32,000 nt of DNA from Wolbachia endosymbiont of Drosophila innubila (GCF_021378375.1 NZ_CP076228.1:360001-392000), one strand, 5' to 3'; positions 1-9,911 are shown, counted from the stretch's first letter. The notes: generated by a model not told the origin, from the sequence alone. Numbers and translations: made by a program.

Positions 1-594
1 TAAGTAAGCTATTGTAGTTCCAGTTGTGGCCATTCCTATTATGCATAGAAAGTATAAAAATGGTATACATGCAATAAACATTTGACCGATAAAAGAATAT
101 GTTAAAAGCATAGACATACTGAAATCAGGTTGCAAAAGTAACAACACAAAAACTAACAGAAATATTATGATTGATATGTGTATTTTAAACTTCATTTCGC
201 TGGCCAAGATACTAGCTATAACAACAGAAAAAAATGGCCTTACGAACTCAGATGGTTGAACAGAAATTTTGACAATATGTAACCATCGTTTCGCACCTTT
301 TACCTCTATACCAAGTATTATCGCAGTTGCTACTAGAATAGTAAATAAAGCGAAACCTGCGAATGAGAGGTTAAGTATAGTTCTTGTGTTGAGAAAAGAA
401 AATGTCACCAAGGTAATTAGTGACAGGACTATATAAATTGTATGGCGCCGTATAAAATAATCCTGTGGTAGAGAAAGACGCTGCGCAATTACAGGGCTTG
501 CTGAATAAACAAGAATGAAGCTTATAGTGAGCAAAAAAAACACTGGAAGGATGAGATAATAATCCAGCGTTCTATACCAGAGTTTAATATTCAT
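1..594 (-). CDS. ftsW: SEDS-family protein FtsW/RodA, N-terminal part (3' end lies beyond window start)
   Basis: Own translation of the minus strand from ATG 594..592: [40 protein letters not shown]...[33 protein letters not shown]...QPSEF is the SEDS signature. The protein has multiple hydrophobic helices. The start overlaps the ubiE stop as ATGA. It is absent from the ORF track because the window edge truncates it. FtsW versus RodA is not resolved. Confidence 0.7.
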   Translation of the reverse strand, partial: MNIKLWYRTLDYYLILPVFFLLTISFILVYSASPVIAQRLSLPQDYFIRRHTIYIVLSLITLVTFSFLNTRTILNLSFAGFALFTILVATAIILGIEVKGAKRWLHIVKISVQPSEFVRPFFSVVIASILASEMKFKIHISIIIFLLVFVLLLLQPDFSMSMLLTYSFIGQMFIACIPFLYFLCIIGMATTGTTIAYL

Positions 595-1307
595 TTTGTT
601 CCAATGTGTAATGCCACTATTCCATAGCTCATATTATGAAACTCAACATTCTTAAAGCCTACCTCTTCAATTTCCATTTTAAAATCAGCCTGAGTTGGAA
701 ACTCTCTAATGCTCCTCACTAAATATTCATAAGAACTCTTGTCTTTAGCAACTATGCTGCCAATTTTAGGAATTACTTTAAATGAATATAAGTCATAAAG
801 TTTGGTAAATATCTCATTTTGATAGTGCATAGGGGCAAATTCTAAGCAGATAAATTTCCCATGTGGTTTTAATACCCTGTGCGCCTCATTTAAAGCCTTC
901 TTGCGGTCAGAAACATTTCGAATGCCAAAAGCTATTGTGCAATAATCAAATTCGGAGTCTTCAAATGGTAAACTTTCTGCACTTGCACATACCCAATCAA
1001 AATTAATTTGGTTTGAATTTATAGCTTTATCACGTCCTCTGTTTAGCATGTTTTGATTTATATCGCATACTGTAACCTTAGCACTTGGCTCTTTTCTTAC
1101 TACTCTTATTGCTATATCTCCAGTTCCTCCAGCAACATCTAAAACCTTAGAGTTTTTTGTAAAATGCACACTATTTACCATCTTATCTTTCCATAATCTG
1201 TGCATTCCGAGGCTCATTATATCATTCATGGTGTCGTAGCGACTTGCCACGGAATCGAATACCTCTTTAACTAATTGTGATTTCTTCTCGATTTTTATAG
1301 TAGACAT
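591..1307 (-). CDS. ubiE: Ubiquinone/menaquinone biosynthesis C-methyltransferase UbiE
   Basis: 238-aa ORF with the SAM-binding motif [10 protein letters not shown]. The N-terminus [25 protein letters not shown] is typical of UbiE/MenG. Confidence 0.9.
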   Translation of the reverse strand: MSTIKIEKKSQLVKEVFDSVASRYDTMNDIMSLGMHRLWKDKMVNSVHFTKNSKVLDVAGGTGDIAIRVVRKEPSAKVTVCDINQNMLNRGRDKAINSNQINFDWVCASAESLPFEDSEFDYCTIAFGIRNVSDRKKALNEAHRVLKPHGKFICLEFAPMHYQNEIFTKLYDLYSFKVIPKIGSIVAKDKSSYEYLVRSIREFPTQADFKMEIEEVGFKNVEFHNMSYGIVALHIGTK

Positions 1308-1360
1308 TACGTAAAAACTCCTTTATAATTAGTAAAAATTAATTTGAATTAACACAAATG

Positions 1361-2224
1361 TCAACGACAGGCCTTGAGCCTGTTAAAATCTTCTTCAGCG
1401 TGGTATGATGACCGAGTTAGTGGGCTTGATGCAACCACTAAGAAACCTTTGGAGTAAGCAATGTATTTATAATGCTCAAACTCTTCTGGGGTAACATACC
1501 TATCAAGTTTTGCATGTTTTGGAGTTGGTTGTAGATATTGACCAATTGTAATAAAATCAACCTCAGCACTGCGCAAATCGTCCATAACCTGAAGTATTTC
1601 CTCTTTTGTTTCTCCAAGACCAACCATAAGCCCTGACTTTGTGAAAACTTTAGGATTAATCTGCTTTACCATCTTCAACAAATATAGTGAATGAAAATAG
1701 CGAGCTCGTGGTCTTATTTTTGCATACAATCTCGGCACTGTTTCAATATTGTGGTTATAGACATCAGGTGATGCAACAGCGATTGCTTCAAATGCTCCTT
1801 TCTTATTTAAAAAATCAGGAGTTAAAATCTCTATTGTTGTTTCTGAAGTTATCTTTCTAATTTCTTCTATGCACTGTATAAACTGATTTGCGCCACCATC
1901 TGGCAAATCATCACGATCAACGGAAGTAATGACAACATGTTTTAAGTTTAACTTTTTTATTGCTTTTGCTAAATTTTCTGGTTCATGAGGATCTAGTTTA
2001 TCAGGAATGCCAGTTGCAACGTTGCAAAATGCACAAGCACGAGTGCAAACAGAACCGAGAATCATCACAGTAGCATGACGTTTATTCCAACATTCACCAA
2101 TGTTTGGACATACAGCCTCTTCGCACACTGTATGCAAGTTATGCAGTTTAACGATGTTTAAGGTCTCATTGAATACTTCACCGGTCGGAGCTTTTGCTCT
2201 GAGCCATTGAGGTTTGCTATGCAT
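1361..2224 (-). CDS. lipA: Lipoyl synthase
   Basis: 287 aa. It has both cysteine clusters ([12 protein letters not shown] and [10 protein letters not shown], the radical-SAM CxxxCxxC). The start overlaps the rpmB stop by 8 nt. Confidence 0.95.
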   Translation of the reverse strand: MHSKPQWLRAKAPTGEVFNETLNIVKLHNLHTVCEEAVCPNIGECWNKRHATVMILGSVCTRACAFCNVATGIPDKLDPHEPENLAKAIKKLNLKHVVITSVDRDDLPDGGANQFIQCIEEIRKITSETTIEILTPDFLNKKGAFEAIAVASPDVYNHNIETVPRLYAKIRPRARYFHSLYLLKMVKQINPKVFTKSGLMVGLGETKEEILQVMDDLRSAEVDFITIGQYLQPTPKHAKLDRYVTPEEFEHYKYIAYSKGFLVVASSPLTRSSYHAEEDFNRLKACR

Positions 2225-2531
2225 CTGAAACTGCTAACTCTACCTCTTGCTTTACTAAAACTTTTTTCAACCTTCTTTTTATCTTCTGCGCTTTCTCACT
2301 TAGTTTAATCGTTCTTGTGTTGAGCAAAAAAGCATCTAAATCACCTTTGTAATCTATAGTTCTCAAAGTTCTTGTTGCCACACGAAATCTAAACTTTTTA
2401 TTCAATATATCACTTGTCAACGTAACCTTATGTAAATTTAAAAGAAAGGTACGCTTTGTTTTACGATTCGAATGTGATACCTTATTACCAAAAGATTTTT
2501 TTCTATTTGTTAATTCACAAACTCTACTCAC
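2217..2531 (-). CDS. rpmB: 50S ribosomal protein L28
   Basis: 104 aa. [33 protein letters not shown] matches the conserved L28 N-terminus. The C-terminal tail is basic. Confidence 0.9.
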   Translation of the reverse strand: MSRVCELTNRKKSFGNKVSHSNRKTKRTFLLNLHKVTLTSDILNKKFRFRVATRTLRTIDYKGDLDAFLLNTRTIKLSEKAQKIKRRLKKVLVKQEVELAVSDA

Positions 2532-2568
2532 TTCAATATACCAAATTATTCTATGTACTTAGATTACC

Positions 2569-2910
2569 TTATATAGTCAAATAGTCAATACTCTCTTGCT
2601 TAATTTTTATACCATATACTGCTTTATAACCAAAAAATATCGTAATTTTTTCTATTATAAGAGAAATCATATGCTGAATTTCCAATGCTTTGCTGCCATT
2701 TGTTACTACCAGATGCAACACACCCGAATTTATATTCTGTGCATATGAGATCTTTTTCGGTTTTGTACACTCTGCTATTTCTTTCCCTACTATATTTCGC
2801 CAGTTTAAAATAAGACGTATTTCATTTTTACTAATCTTATTTTTCATGCATTTTAATGCATAGTTTTCAATTATAGACTTTAATTTTTTTGGACCGCTAC
2901 GTTTGAGCAT
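2569..2910 (-). CDS. DUF721/DciA-like small protein
   Basis: 113 aa. The pattern W..IVG..IA..T.P..I......L.L.V.....A.E......II..I...G is the DUF721 (DciA) layout as I recall it. Assignment is by pattern only. Confidence 0.5.
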   Translation of the reverse strand: MLKRSGPKKLKSIIENYALKCMKNKISKNEIRLILNWRNIVGKEIAECTKPKKISYAQNINSGVLHLVVTNGSKALEIQHMISLIIEKITIFFGYKAVYGIKIKQESIDYLTI

Positions 2911-2967
2911 TTTTCTGTTTTTTTAGTAAGTAGATAATATAAAAGTATACATATAACTTGAGATTTT

Positions 2968-3100
2968 GTCATTACTGCTACATGTTTGTGAGATACCGTG
3001 ACGGTATGACCATAATCGTCACTCCGCAACGCATATTGCATAGTCGTCATTCCGCGGCGTGTTCGCGGAATCTAGCTCTGGTCACGCTACTTAGATGACA
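2968..3100. repeat. Cluster of degenerate GC-rich hairpin repeat units (window-wide family)
   Basis: Hairpins ataccg-tga-cggtat and attccgcg-gcgtgtt-cgcggaat. The terminal motifs gtcatt..., gtcacgctacttagatgaca recur at 9801, 15091, 20828 and 26765. Confidence 0.7.
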
Positions 3101-3356
3101 ACCTTCTAACTGCTTTACAAAGGCTCTACTCTCTGGCCTCACACCGTAAAAGCAGTATTTTTATGCAAAATTTATCTCAACGTAGCACTTGTCAAGATCG
3201 TTCCATTCAAAAATTTTTGTTTTGCCTCATAATTAACCTTATAGCTGTTTTAATTGTAATTGGTTAAATTATTATTAACTTGCCAGGCTAGATCCAAAAA
3301 ATAGCATAATCAATATGCAAATTGCAATAGAAATCACGTTTGCGTATGGTTTATTG

Positions 3357-3557
3357 CTATGCAGTTAATCTTTCCTCAATCCAAGCTGCTTGAATAGCTT
3401 CGAGTATTTTTTCGTTACAGCGTTTTTCATCATCATCAAATTCCTCTAAACTCAATACCTTTTTTTTAAGCTCAGTCAATCTAATACTAATTATATTCTC
3501 ATCTGGAAATTTTTCTTCCAGAGCTTCTACAATATCTTCTATATCAAGCCATTTCAT
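3357..3557 (-). CDS. iscX: Fe-S cluster assembly protein IscX (YfhJ family)
   Basis: 66 aa, the same length as E. coli IscX. It aligns along the whole protein from memory: KW.D...I.EAL....PD.......T.........LE.FDDD....NEKILEAI...W..E. Confidence 0.8.
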   Translation of the reverse strand: MKWLDIEDIVEALEEKFPDENIISIRLTELKKKVLSLEEFDDDEKRCNEKILEAIQAAWIEERLTA

Positions 3558-3587
3558 ACTTTTTTGTATTTATCTGCTAAGTTAAAT

Positions 3588-3674
3588 TGGTGCCCATGGG
3601 GAGACTTGAACTCCCAAGGTCGCAAAACCCACGGATTTTAAGTCCGCTGCGTCTACCGATTCCGCCACACGGGC
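3588..3674 (-). tRNA. tRNA-Leu (anticodon UAA), long variable arm, CCA encoded
   Basis: The reverse complement is gcccgtgtggcggaatcggtagacgcagcggacttaaaatccgtgggttttgcgaccttgggagttcaagtctccccatgggcacca. The 7-bp acceptor stem is GCCCGTG/CATGGGC, the anticodon loop is ct-TAA-aa, and the T-arm is GGGAGTTCAAGTCTCCC. Confidence 0.9.
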
Positions 3675-3683
3675 TTTTTTTAT

Positions 3684-4298
3684 CTATCTAGAGTAAAACT
3701 CTACTACTAAATTGACTTCCATGTCTGCTGAATAAGGAACCTCAGAATATTGAGGTGACCTCAAATACTTCACTGAATGCTCTTTACTATCTGCTTCTAA
3801 ATAATCCGGAGCCTTGCGCTCTTGTTTTTGTTCAGCCTCTACTACTACAGGGATTTTTGCTGCCCTTTCTCTTATTTTTATTATATCACCTGGCTTCACT
3901 CGATAACTCGATATGTTAACCACCTTATCATTAACTGTAACGTGCTTGTGAGATATGAGCTGCTTTGCTGAGTAAATTGTTGGAACAAGACCAGAGTGGT
4001 ATAAAACAGAACTTAATCTCGATTCTAAGATACCGATAAAATTATCAGCCGTATAACCCTTTCTGTTATAAGCATCTAAAAATGTACGTCTGAGCTGCTT
4101 ACTTGAAATCGCATAGTAAAACTTAAATTTCTTATGCGCAGCAAACTGCTTACCAAAGTCGGATAACTTCTTGAATCCAAGAATACCATGTTGACCTGGA
4201 GGGTATTTCCTTTTGTTTACTGGGTCTTTAGCTCTACCCCATAAATTTACACCAAGTCTACGGCTAATCCTATACTTTCTAGTGATAACAGTTGTCAT
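3684..4298 (-). CDS. rpsD: 30S ribosomal protein S4
   Basis: The ORF-track ORF runs to 4355, but the conserved S4 N-terminus ([21 protein letters not shown]) starts at the internal ATG at 4298. That start gives 204 aa, the normal S4 length. Confidence 0.9.
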   Translation of the reverse strand: MTTVITRKYRISRRLGVNLWGRAKDPVNKRKYPPGQHGILGFKKLSDFGKQFAAHKKFKFYYAISSKQLRRTFLDAYNRKGYTADNFIGILESRLSSVLYHSGLVPTIYSAKQLISHKHVTVNDKVVNISSYRVKPGDIIKIRERAAKIPVVVEAEQKQERKAPDYLEADSKEHSVKYLRSPQYSEVPYSADMEVNLVVEFYSR

Positions 4299-4411
4299 AT
4301 AAAAACTCTCACGATTTAACTTTAGATTATTAAGGATTTTAGCACTCAGTGTCAACTTGTTTTTGCTGATATAATCTTTTATACTTCATTTTTAAGTTTT
4401 TCTATTAACAC

Positions 4412-6484
4412 ATGAATCATTCACATTTAAAATCTATGGCAAACGCCATCCGTTTTTTATCAATTGATGCAGTACAAAAAGCAAACTCTGGACACCCAGG
4501 TATGCCACTTGGCATGGCAGATGTTGCAACTGTTTTGTTTGCTAAATATCTGAATCATAATCCTGATGATTCTAAATGGTTCAATAGAGATCGCTTTGTT
4601 TTATCAAACGGTCATGGGTCAATGTTACTATACTCAATATTATATTTGACAGGTTATATTAGCGTAGATGAGCTAAAAAACTTCAGACAAATGGGATCCA
4701 AGACCCCAGGTCATCCAGAGTTCGGCTTGACTTCCGGGGTAGAGGCAACAACAGGCCCGCTCGGTCAGGGGTTTGCCGCTGCTGTTGGCATGGCACTTGC
4801 TGAATCGATACTTGAAAAGCAGTTTAGAATCAATCACTACACTTATGTGATGCTAGGGGATGGCTGTCTTATGGAAGGAATAAGCCATGAAGCAGCATCA
4901 CTTGCTGGGCATCTTAAATTGAATAAGCTTATAGCTCTTTTTGATGATAATGATATTTCTATAGATGGCGCTACTTGCCTTTCCTGTTCTGACGATGTAG
5001 AGAAACGCTTCTTAGCGTATGGATGGAATGTTGACAAAATTGATGGCCATGATTTTGATGCCATATCCCTTGCAATAGAGCAAGCAAAAAAGTCTGATAA
5101 ACCTACAATGATCTGCTGCAAAACTATTATCGGAAAATTTTCAAGCCGTGCTGGCACATCCTCTGCTCACAGTGGTGCTTTTTCGGAGGAAGACATAAAA
5201 CAGATGAGAGAGAAATTAAACTGGAATTATGAACCATTCCATGTACCAGAAGATGTGAAAAATGCCTGGAAGAAAACTGTTGAGAGAGCAAAACAAAACT
5301 ACACGATGTCATTCCAGCGCATGACGCTGGAATCCAGGAAAGAAGAAAAAGAATGGATCCCAGTGTCAAGCACTGGGATGACAAGAGAGAGTACTGGGAT
5401 GACAGAAGAGAATGCTGGGATGACAGGGTATCATGCAGAACTTCAAAGACGGTTAGATAAACATCTACCAGAGAATATCGCTGGTGTTTTAGCTGACCTG
5501 AAGAAACAAATATGTGAGCTAATGCCAAACGAAGCTACTCGATCTTCTTTCGGCAGAGTAATGGAACTTTTAACTGAGTCTATGCCGGAATTAATCGGCG
5601 GTTCTGCTGATCTTACCGGGTCAAATTGCACTAAATATGAGCACATGCAGGTAATAAATAGCAATAATTATAGTGGCTCTTATGTCCACTATGGAGTGAG
5701 AGAGCACGCTATGGCAGCATGTATGAATGGTATGGCACTTCACGGCGCGATTCTTCCTTATGGCGGCACTTTTTTGGTATTTTCCGACTATTGTCGTCCT
5801 GCTATACGTCTTTCAGCTCTGATGAAGCAGCAGGTTATATATGTCATGACTCACGACTCAATTGGAGTGGGAGAAGATGGCCCGACTCATCAGCCAATAG
5901 AGCATTTAGCCTCTTTGCGTGCTATACCAAATCTATATGTTTTTAGTCCAGCCGATGCAGTTGAAACTCTGGAGTGTGTTAGCATTGCACTCGAAAAGAA
6001 AGAATCTCCAGCACTGTTTGCGCTCTCAAGGCAAAACGTAAGTTACATGCGCAAGTTCTACTCTGATATCGATCAATCTGCTAATTTATCGAAGTTTGGT
6101 GCATATATTTTGTGTGAATGTTCAAAAGAATTAAAAGTGACGATATTTGCTACGGGGTCCGAGGTTGAAATTGCAGTTGAAGCAAGGGAGAAATTGCAGG
6201 AAAAGGGTATAGGTACAAGGATTGTTTCTATGCCATGCTGGAGGCTTTTTGACGAGCAAAGCGATGAATATAAAGCGGCAATATTAAATAATGACAGCAT
6301 TAAAGTTGCAATTGAAGCCGGAAGTGAAATGGGTTGGCATAAATATATAGGTTCAAACGGTATATTTATTGGCATGAAAAGCTTCGGAGAATCAGCACCT
6401 TATAAAACACTCTATGAGCATTTTAATATCAGCGCAGATCATGTGGTAAAATGTGTGTGTGAGAAACTGGTTTACATTCAGTAG
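4412..6484 (+). CDS. tkt: Transketolase (carries a roughly 40-aa repeat-derived insertion)
   Basis: 690 aa with hallmark motifs [33 protein letters not shown] and [15 protein letters not shown]. It ends with TAG. Confidence 0.95.
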   Translation: MNHSHLKSMANAIRFLSIDAVQKANSGHPGMPLGMADVATVLFAKYLNHNPDDSKWFNRDRFVLSNGHGSMLLYSILYLTGYISVDELKNFRQMGSKTPGHPEFGLTSGVEATTGPLGQGFAAAVGMALAESILEKQFRINHYTYVMLGDGCLMEGISHEAASLAGHLKLNKLIALFDDNDISIDGATCLSCSDDVEKRFLAYGWNVDKIDGHDFDAISLAIEQAKKSDKPTMICCKTIIGKFSSRAGTSSAHSGAFSEEDIKQMREKLNWNYEPFHVPEDVKNAWKKTVERAKQNYTMSFQRMTLESRKEEKEWIPVSSTGMTRESTGMTEENAGMTGYHAELQRRLDKHLPENIAGVLADLKKQICELMPNEATRSSFGRVMELLTESMPELIGGSADLTGSNCTKYEHMQVINSNNYSGSYVHYGVREHAMAACMNGMALHGAILPYGGTFLVFSDYCRPAIRLSALMKQQVIYVMTHDSIGVGEDGPTHQPIEHLASLRAIPNLYVFSPADAVETLECVSIALEKKESPALFALSRQNVSYMRKFYSDIDQSANLSKFGAYILCECSKELKVTIFATGSEVEIAVEAREKLQEKGIGTRIVSMPCWRLFDEQSDEYKAAILNNDSIKVAIEAGSEMGWHKYIGSNGIFIGMKSFGESAPYKTLYEHFNISADHVVKCVCEKLVYIQ
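5308..5425. repeat. Palindromic repeat element embedded in-frame in tkt
   Basis: Hairpin attccagcg-catga-cgctggaat lies at 5311-5333 and hairpin atcccagtg-tcaag-cactgggat at 5357-5379. ctgggatgaca occurs three times at 21-nt period (5373, 5394, 5415). Positions 5354-5383 are identical to intergenic 6681-6710. Confidence 0.85.
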
Positions 6485-6519
6485 ACTTCTTGCATAACCA
6501 TATGAAAGCCCACTCTTCT

Positions 6520-6710
6520 TTGTCATCCCAGTACGTGACGTTATTTCCATCCAAGATGATGTCATTCCAGCACTTGACACTGGCATCTAGTTTTCTTTAC
6601 AAATTCACCAAAAGTGCTTCATTCTATAACGCAAAACCCATACTCACCAAACCCAATGCATTACTTGCAATTAAGTTTCCTGGATCCCAGTGTCAAGCAC
6701 TGGGATGACA
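6520..6710. repeat. Intergenic cluster of the same hairpin repeat family
   Basis: Contains tgtcatcccagtacgtgacg, gtcattccagcacttgacactggcatctag and ttacttgcaattaagtttcctggatcccagtgtcaagcactgggatgaca. The last of these is shared with 9741-9790. Confidence 0.8.
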
Positions 6711-6733
6711 CCTTTTCCGGTAGAAGATCACTA

Positions 6734-8220
6734 TCAAATCACATTGCTCTGGTCATTATGATCACCATTATTTTGTTCAACTGATTGATCGACCCCAGGT
6801 GAAGAAGAATCATCATAAGGTTGTGTGTCAGACTTTTCTTCGTCAGACCCAAACAACCATGAAAAAAAACCACCAAAAAATGATGCAATTAATGAAAAAG
6901 GCTTCATAAGTATACTAAACAAACTACCAAAAAAAGAGCTCGGCTGTTCTTCTGTTTGTGCAGGTTCTGTGGAAGCAACAGGACCTACATCGTTGTCTTG
7001 TACATCAGTTCCTTGTTCTGCACTGGTGGTGCTGGTTTTTTCCCCTTCTTTGCTATTATCTGATTGTAGTTCAGTATCATCACCTACTCGTTTTTCTTCC
7101 TCTTGACCCCCTTCACTATCTGTCGATGATCCACCCGCTGAACCATCATCAGATTTTTCTGCGGGTTGCAATAGAGTTTTTATTCCTTCATCAGTGGCTA
7201 ATTTGAAAGGAGTGTTTCCATGTTTATCTTCTATATTAACATCGATTCCATCTTTTCCCAATAGGGCTTCTACTGCCTCTTTATGGCCCTTTACAACGGC
7301 CCAATGTAAAGGAGTCTGTTCTGCAAGTTTATCTTTTATATTAACATCGATTCCTTCTGCTCCCAGTAGAGCGTTCAATACATTTATATCTATGTTGTCC
7401 TTTTTAGCAGCCAAATGCAAAGGAGTCCTGTCATCTTTATCTTGTGCATTAACATTGATTTCTTTTGCTCCCAGTAGAGCGTTCAATACATTTATATCTA
7501 TATTGCCCTTTTTAAGGACCAAATGTAAAGGAGTTTCGCCATATTCATCTTGTGCATTAACGTTGATTCCTTCTGCTCCCAGTAGAGCGTTCAATACATT
7601 TATATCTATGTTGTCCTTTTTAAGAACAGAATGTAAAGGAGTATCTTTCTTGTTATTTGGTAAATTAACATTGATTCCATCTTTTCCCAATAGGGCTTCT
7701 ACTACCTCTTTATGGTTCTTTACAGCAGCTAAATGTAAAGGAGTTTCTTGCAACCAATCTGTTGCATTAACATTGATCCCATTTACTTTCAGTAGGGCTT
7801 CTACTACCTCTTTATGGCCCTTTTCAGCAGCCCAATGTAGAGGAGTCTTGTTATCTTGATCTTTTACATTAACCTTTGCTCCTTCACTTATTAGACTGTT
7901 TACTTCCTGAATATTACCGCTTTTAGCAACCTCAAGTAATTTAGCTGTGCTTTGTAATAGAGTTTTTATTTCTTCGTCAGTAGTTAAAACTAAGGGAGTG
8001 TTTCCCTCTTCATCTTCTGCATTAACATTTGCCCCTTTGTCCAATAGAGCTTCTACTACCTCTTTATGGCCCCATACAGCAGCAATATGTAAAGGAGTCT
8101 CTCCTCTTTATCATTTTCTACCTTAACATCTGCTCCTTCACTTATTAGACGGTTTACTGCATCAATATCACCTCTTTCAACAGCCTTAAAAAAATTATCT
8201 CTACTTTGTGAATTACTCAT
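6734..8220 (-). pseudogene. Ankyrin-repeat protein with C-terminal hydrophobic segment; reading frame broken by a 1-nt frameshift near 8102-8110
   Basis: The 436-aa ORF (6734..8044, TTG scored as M) has about 9 ANK units (TPLHWAAEKGHKEVVEALL etc.). Its frame stays open upstream to 8107 as RGETPLHIAAVWGHKEVVEALL. A separate 54-codon ORF starts at ATG 8220 with SD aagaggtg (MSNSQSRDNFFKAVERGDIDAVNRLISEGADVKVENDKE) and is the obvious N-terminus, one base out of frame. Confidence 0.8.
7345..7668. repeat. Three tandem 108-bp (36-aa) units inside the ankyrin gene
   Basis: The core tcccagtagagcgttcaatacatttatatcta recurs at 7361, 7469 and 7577, an exact 108-nt period. It encodes NIDINVLNALLGA(E/K)(G/E)I(N/D)VN. 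Confidence 0.75.
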
Positions 8221-8224
8221 CCTA

Positions 8225-8335
8225 CACCTCTTTGTAAAACTATATTGTTATGATAAAGTCGTTAATAATCTATGAGCTCTCACCCCCTGTAAAATTATAT
8301 TATCATGATAAAGTCATTAATAACCCATGAGCTCT
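8225..8335. repeat. Imperfect tandem duplication (56 + 55 bp) immediately upstream of the ankyrin gene start
   Basis: 8225-8280 and 8281-8335 align with 8 mismatches and 1 gap. Copy 1 contains the SD of the ANK gene. Both copies carry ttaatgac...gataatataat-like AT-rich promoter-like sequence on the minus strand. Confidence 0.75.
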
Positions 8336-8353
8336 GGATCACGCAAATAATGG

Positions 8354-9556
8354 TTATTCCCTGTGTTTTTCAGTACATTTGAGCTGGCTGTACATAAGAA
8401 TCGCAATTGTAGAGCATGCTATTGTTAATAGTAAATTTGGTAAAATACCATAGCGAAAAAATTTTCCTACTATATATATTCCAATAGCCCCAAACATCAT
8501 ATTGCAGAATGAGAGGACTGCACTACCAAGCCCTATACCTTTGATCGTTTCTAAAGCAGAAGTTACGTTATTGCTTATTATTAATGCAAGTCCGATATTG
8601 GCTGGAATCCAAGCAGTTTGAAGAATGAATATATTCAACTTGTCCGCGAAATAAAAATATACCAATAAACTATCGGATATTATCGGTAACACCAAACCTA
8701 TTATTAGCATTTTGCTAACCCCTACTTTTGGTACATACCTTCTATTAATTAAAGTTCCAATTATGTAGAATATGACTATGATCGATATGAGGTAGCCAAA
8801 ATACTGTACTTCAATGCCCATCGATTCAAATATGAACGGGTAGTTAGCAATGTATGCCCAAAGCCACATGAAAGTTAATCCATGAATGGCTGAAAACCCA
8901 AGGAAACGATAATTTCTAAATATTGATATATATTGCTTGAAGATATTAGTAGTTATGTTAGTTATACTGGTTTCATTTTTATTTACAGTGAGTGTTTCTT
9001 GTAACTTAAAGTAGATAAAAATAAGTATAGCAATTGCCGCGAGTGACATAATAAAAAACAAAAATTTCCAATGATACCCATGTGAAATTATATAACTGCC
9101 CACCACTGGAGCTATTCCAGGTGAGAGTGCCACAACCATATTTAATTTTGAAATTACTCTCGAGTATTCACTACCCGAGTACATATCCCTTATTGCTGCA
9201 TACCCAACAACACCTGCAACACCAGCTCCTGCCCCTTGTATGAAGCGAATTAGTATCAAGAGCATAATACTGTCGGCTATATAACACATGACACTTGCCA
9301 AAGTAAAAATTGTCATACCAATCAGCATCATTGGACGCCTACCATAATGGTCCGATAATGGACCATAAATTAAGCCAGATACCGCAAATCCAACTAGATT
9401 TAAGCTAATTGTAAGCTGCACTACACTGCCTTCTACTTTAAAATAATTGGCAATGCTTGATAGTGCAACTGAGTATAGGTCAGTTGCCATATCGACAATT
9501 GCTACAGACAATATCATAATAAGAGAGATGATATTTTGCGAAAGAGCTGTTTTCAC
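8354..9556 (-). CDS. MFS transporter, Bcr/CflA-type drug-resistance subfamily
   Basis: 400 aa and about 12 hydrophobic helices. MFS motif A is GPLSDHYGRRPMML. The start codon is GTG at 9556. Confidence 0.85.
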   Translation of the reverse strand: MKTALSQNIISLIMILSVAIVDMATDLYSVALSSIANYFKVEGSVVQLTISLNLVGFAVSGLIYGPLSDHYGRRPMMLIGMTIFTLASVMCYIADSIMLLILIRFIQGAGAGVAGVVGYAAIRDMYSGSEYSRVISKLNMVVALSPGIAPVVGSYIISHGYHWKFLFFIMSLAAIAILIFIYFKLQETLTVNKNETSITNITTNIFKQYISIFRNYRFLGFSAIHGLTFMWLWAYIANYPFIFESMGIEVQYFGYLISIIVIFYIIGTLINRRYVPKVGVSKMLIIGLVLPIISDSLLVYFYFADKLNIFILQTAWIPANIGLALIISNNVTSALETIKGIGLGSAVLSFCNMMFGAIGIYIVGKFFRYGILPNLLLTIACSTIAILMYSQLKCTEKHRE

Positions 9557-9670
9557 TTAATGATTTACTGGATTAAATATACTTAATTATAATGTATTTT
9601 TTTCATTAGTATATTAAATTAACTACTGAAATTAAGAGTAGCTATTCAAGAAAAAGCCTGTGAAGGCTCT

Positions 9671-9851
9671 ATCCAGTAGGGCAGTGCCATGACTACTTGG
9701 ATCTAGTTTCCATTATACAATTTCATCAAAGCAGTTTACTTACTTGCAATTAAGTTTCTGGATCCAAGTAGTCATGGCACTGGGATGACAGGAGAAGGAG
9801 GCTACTTAGATGACACCCTCCTAGTGGATTCAAATCACAATGTTCGTACAG
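9671..9851. repeat. Repeat cluster with a perfect 20-bp inverted repeat and one solo terminal motif
   Basis: gtgccatgactacttggatc (9684-9703) and gatccaagtagtcatggcac (9761-9780) are exact reverse complements. They are followed by cactgggatgaca, ggctacttagatgaca and ctagtggattcaaatcacaatgttcgtacag. Confidence 0.8.
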
Positions 9852-9911
9852 TTATGTGCTTTGACACTGAAATCTTAAGCTAAAATCATGAAAAGCACGA
9901 ATTTCAATATC

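Noticed and set aside
4843-6375. Five ORF-track ORFs overlapping tkt: 4843..5157(-), 5127..5528(-), 5443..5664(-), 6073..6375(-) and 5719..5946(+).
   Set aside because: The four minus-strand ORFs are antisense to tkt, and 5719..5946(+) is same-strand in a different frame. All overlap a strongly supported transketolase CDS. Their sequences are low-complexity with no motifs or initiation signals, and parts are simply the stop-free repeat element read on the other strand.
6392-6708. ORFs 6392..6586(-) and 6490..6708(+) downstream of tkt.
   Set aside because: They are translations of the hairpin repeat cluster (SSQY.., SAGMT.. peptides). The repeat family is stop-poor in several frames, which creates ORFs without coding evidence.
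6825-7859. Long antisense ORFs in the ankyrin gene, including a 221-aa one at 7194..7859(+).
   Set aside because: The sense strand encodes textbook ANK repeats. The antisense ORF is periodic only because it mirrors the tandem repeats, and it has no start context.
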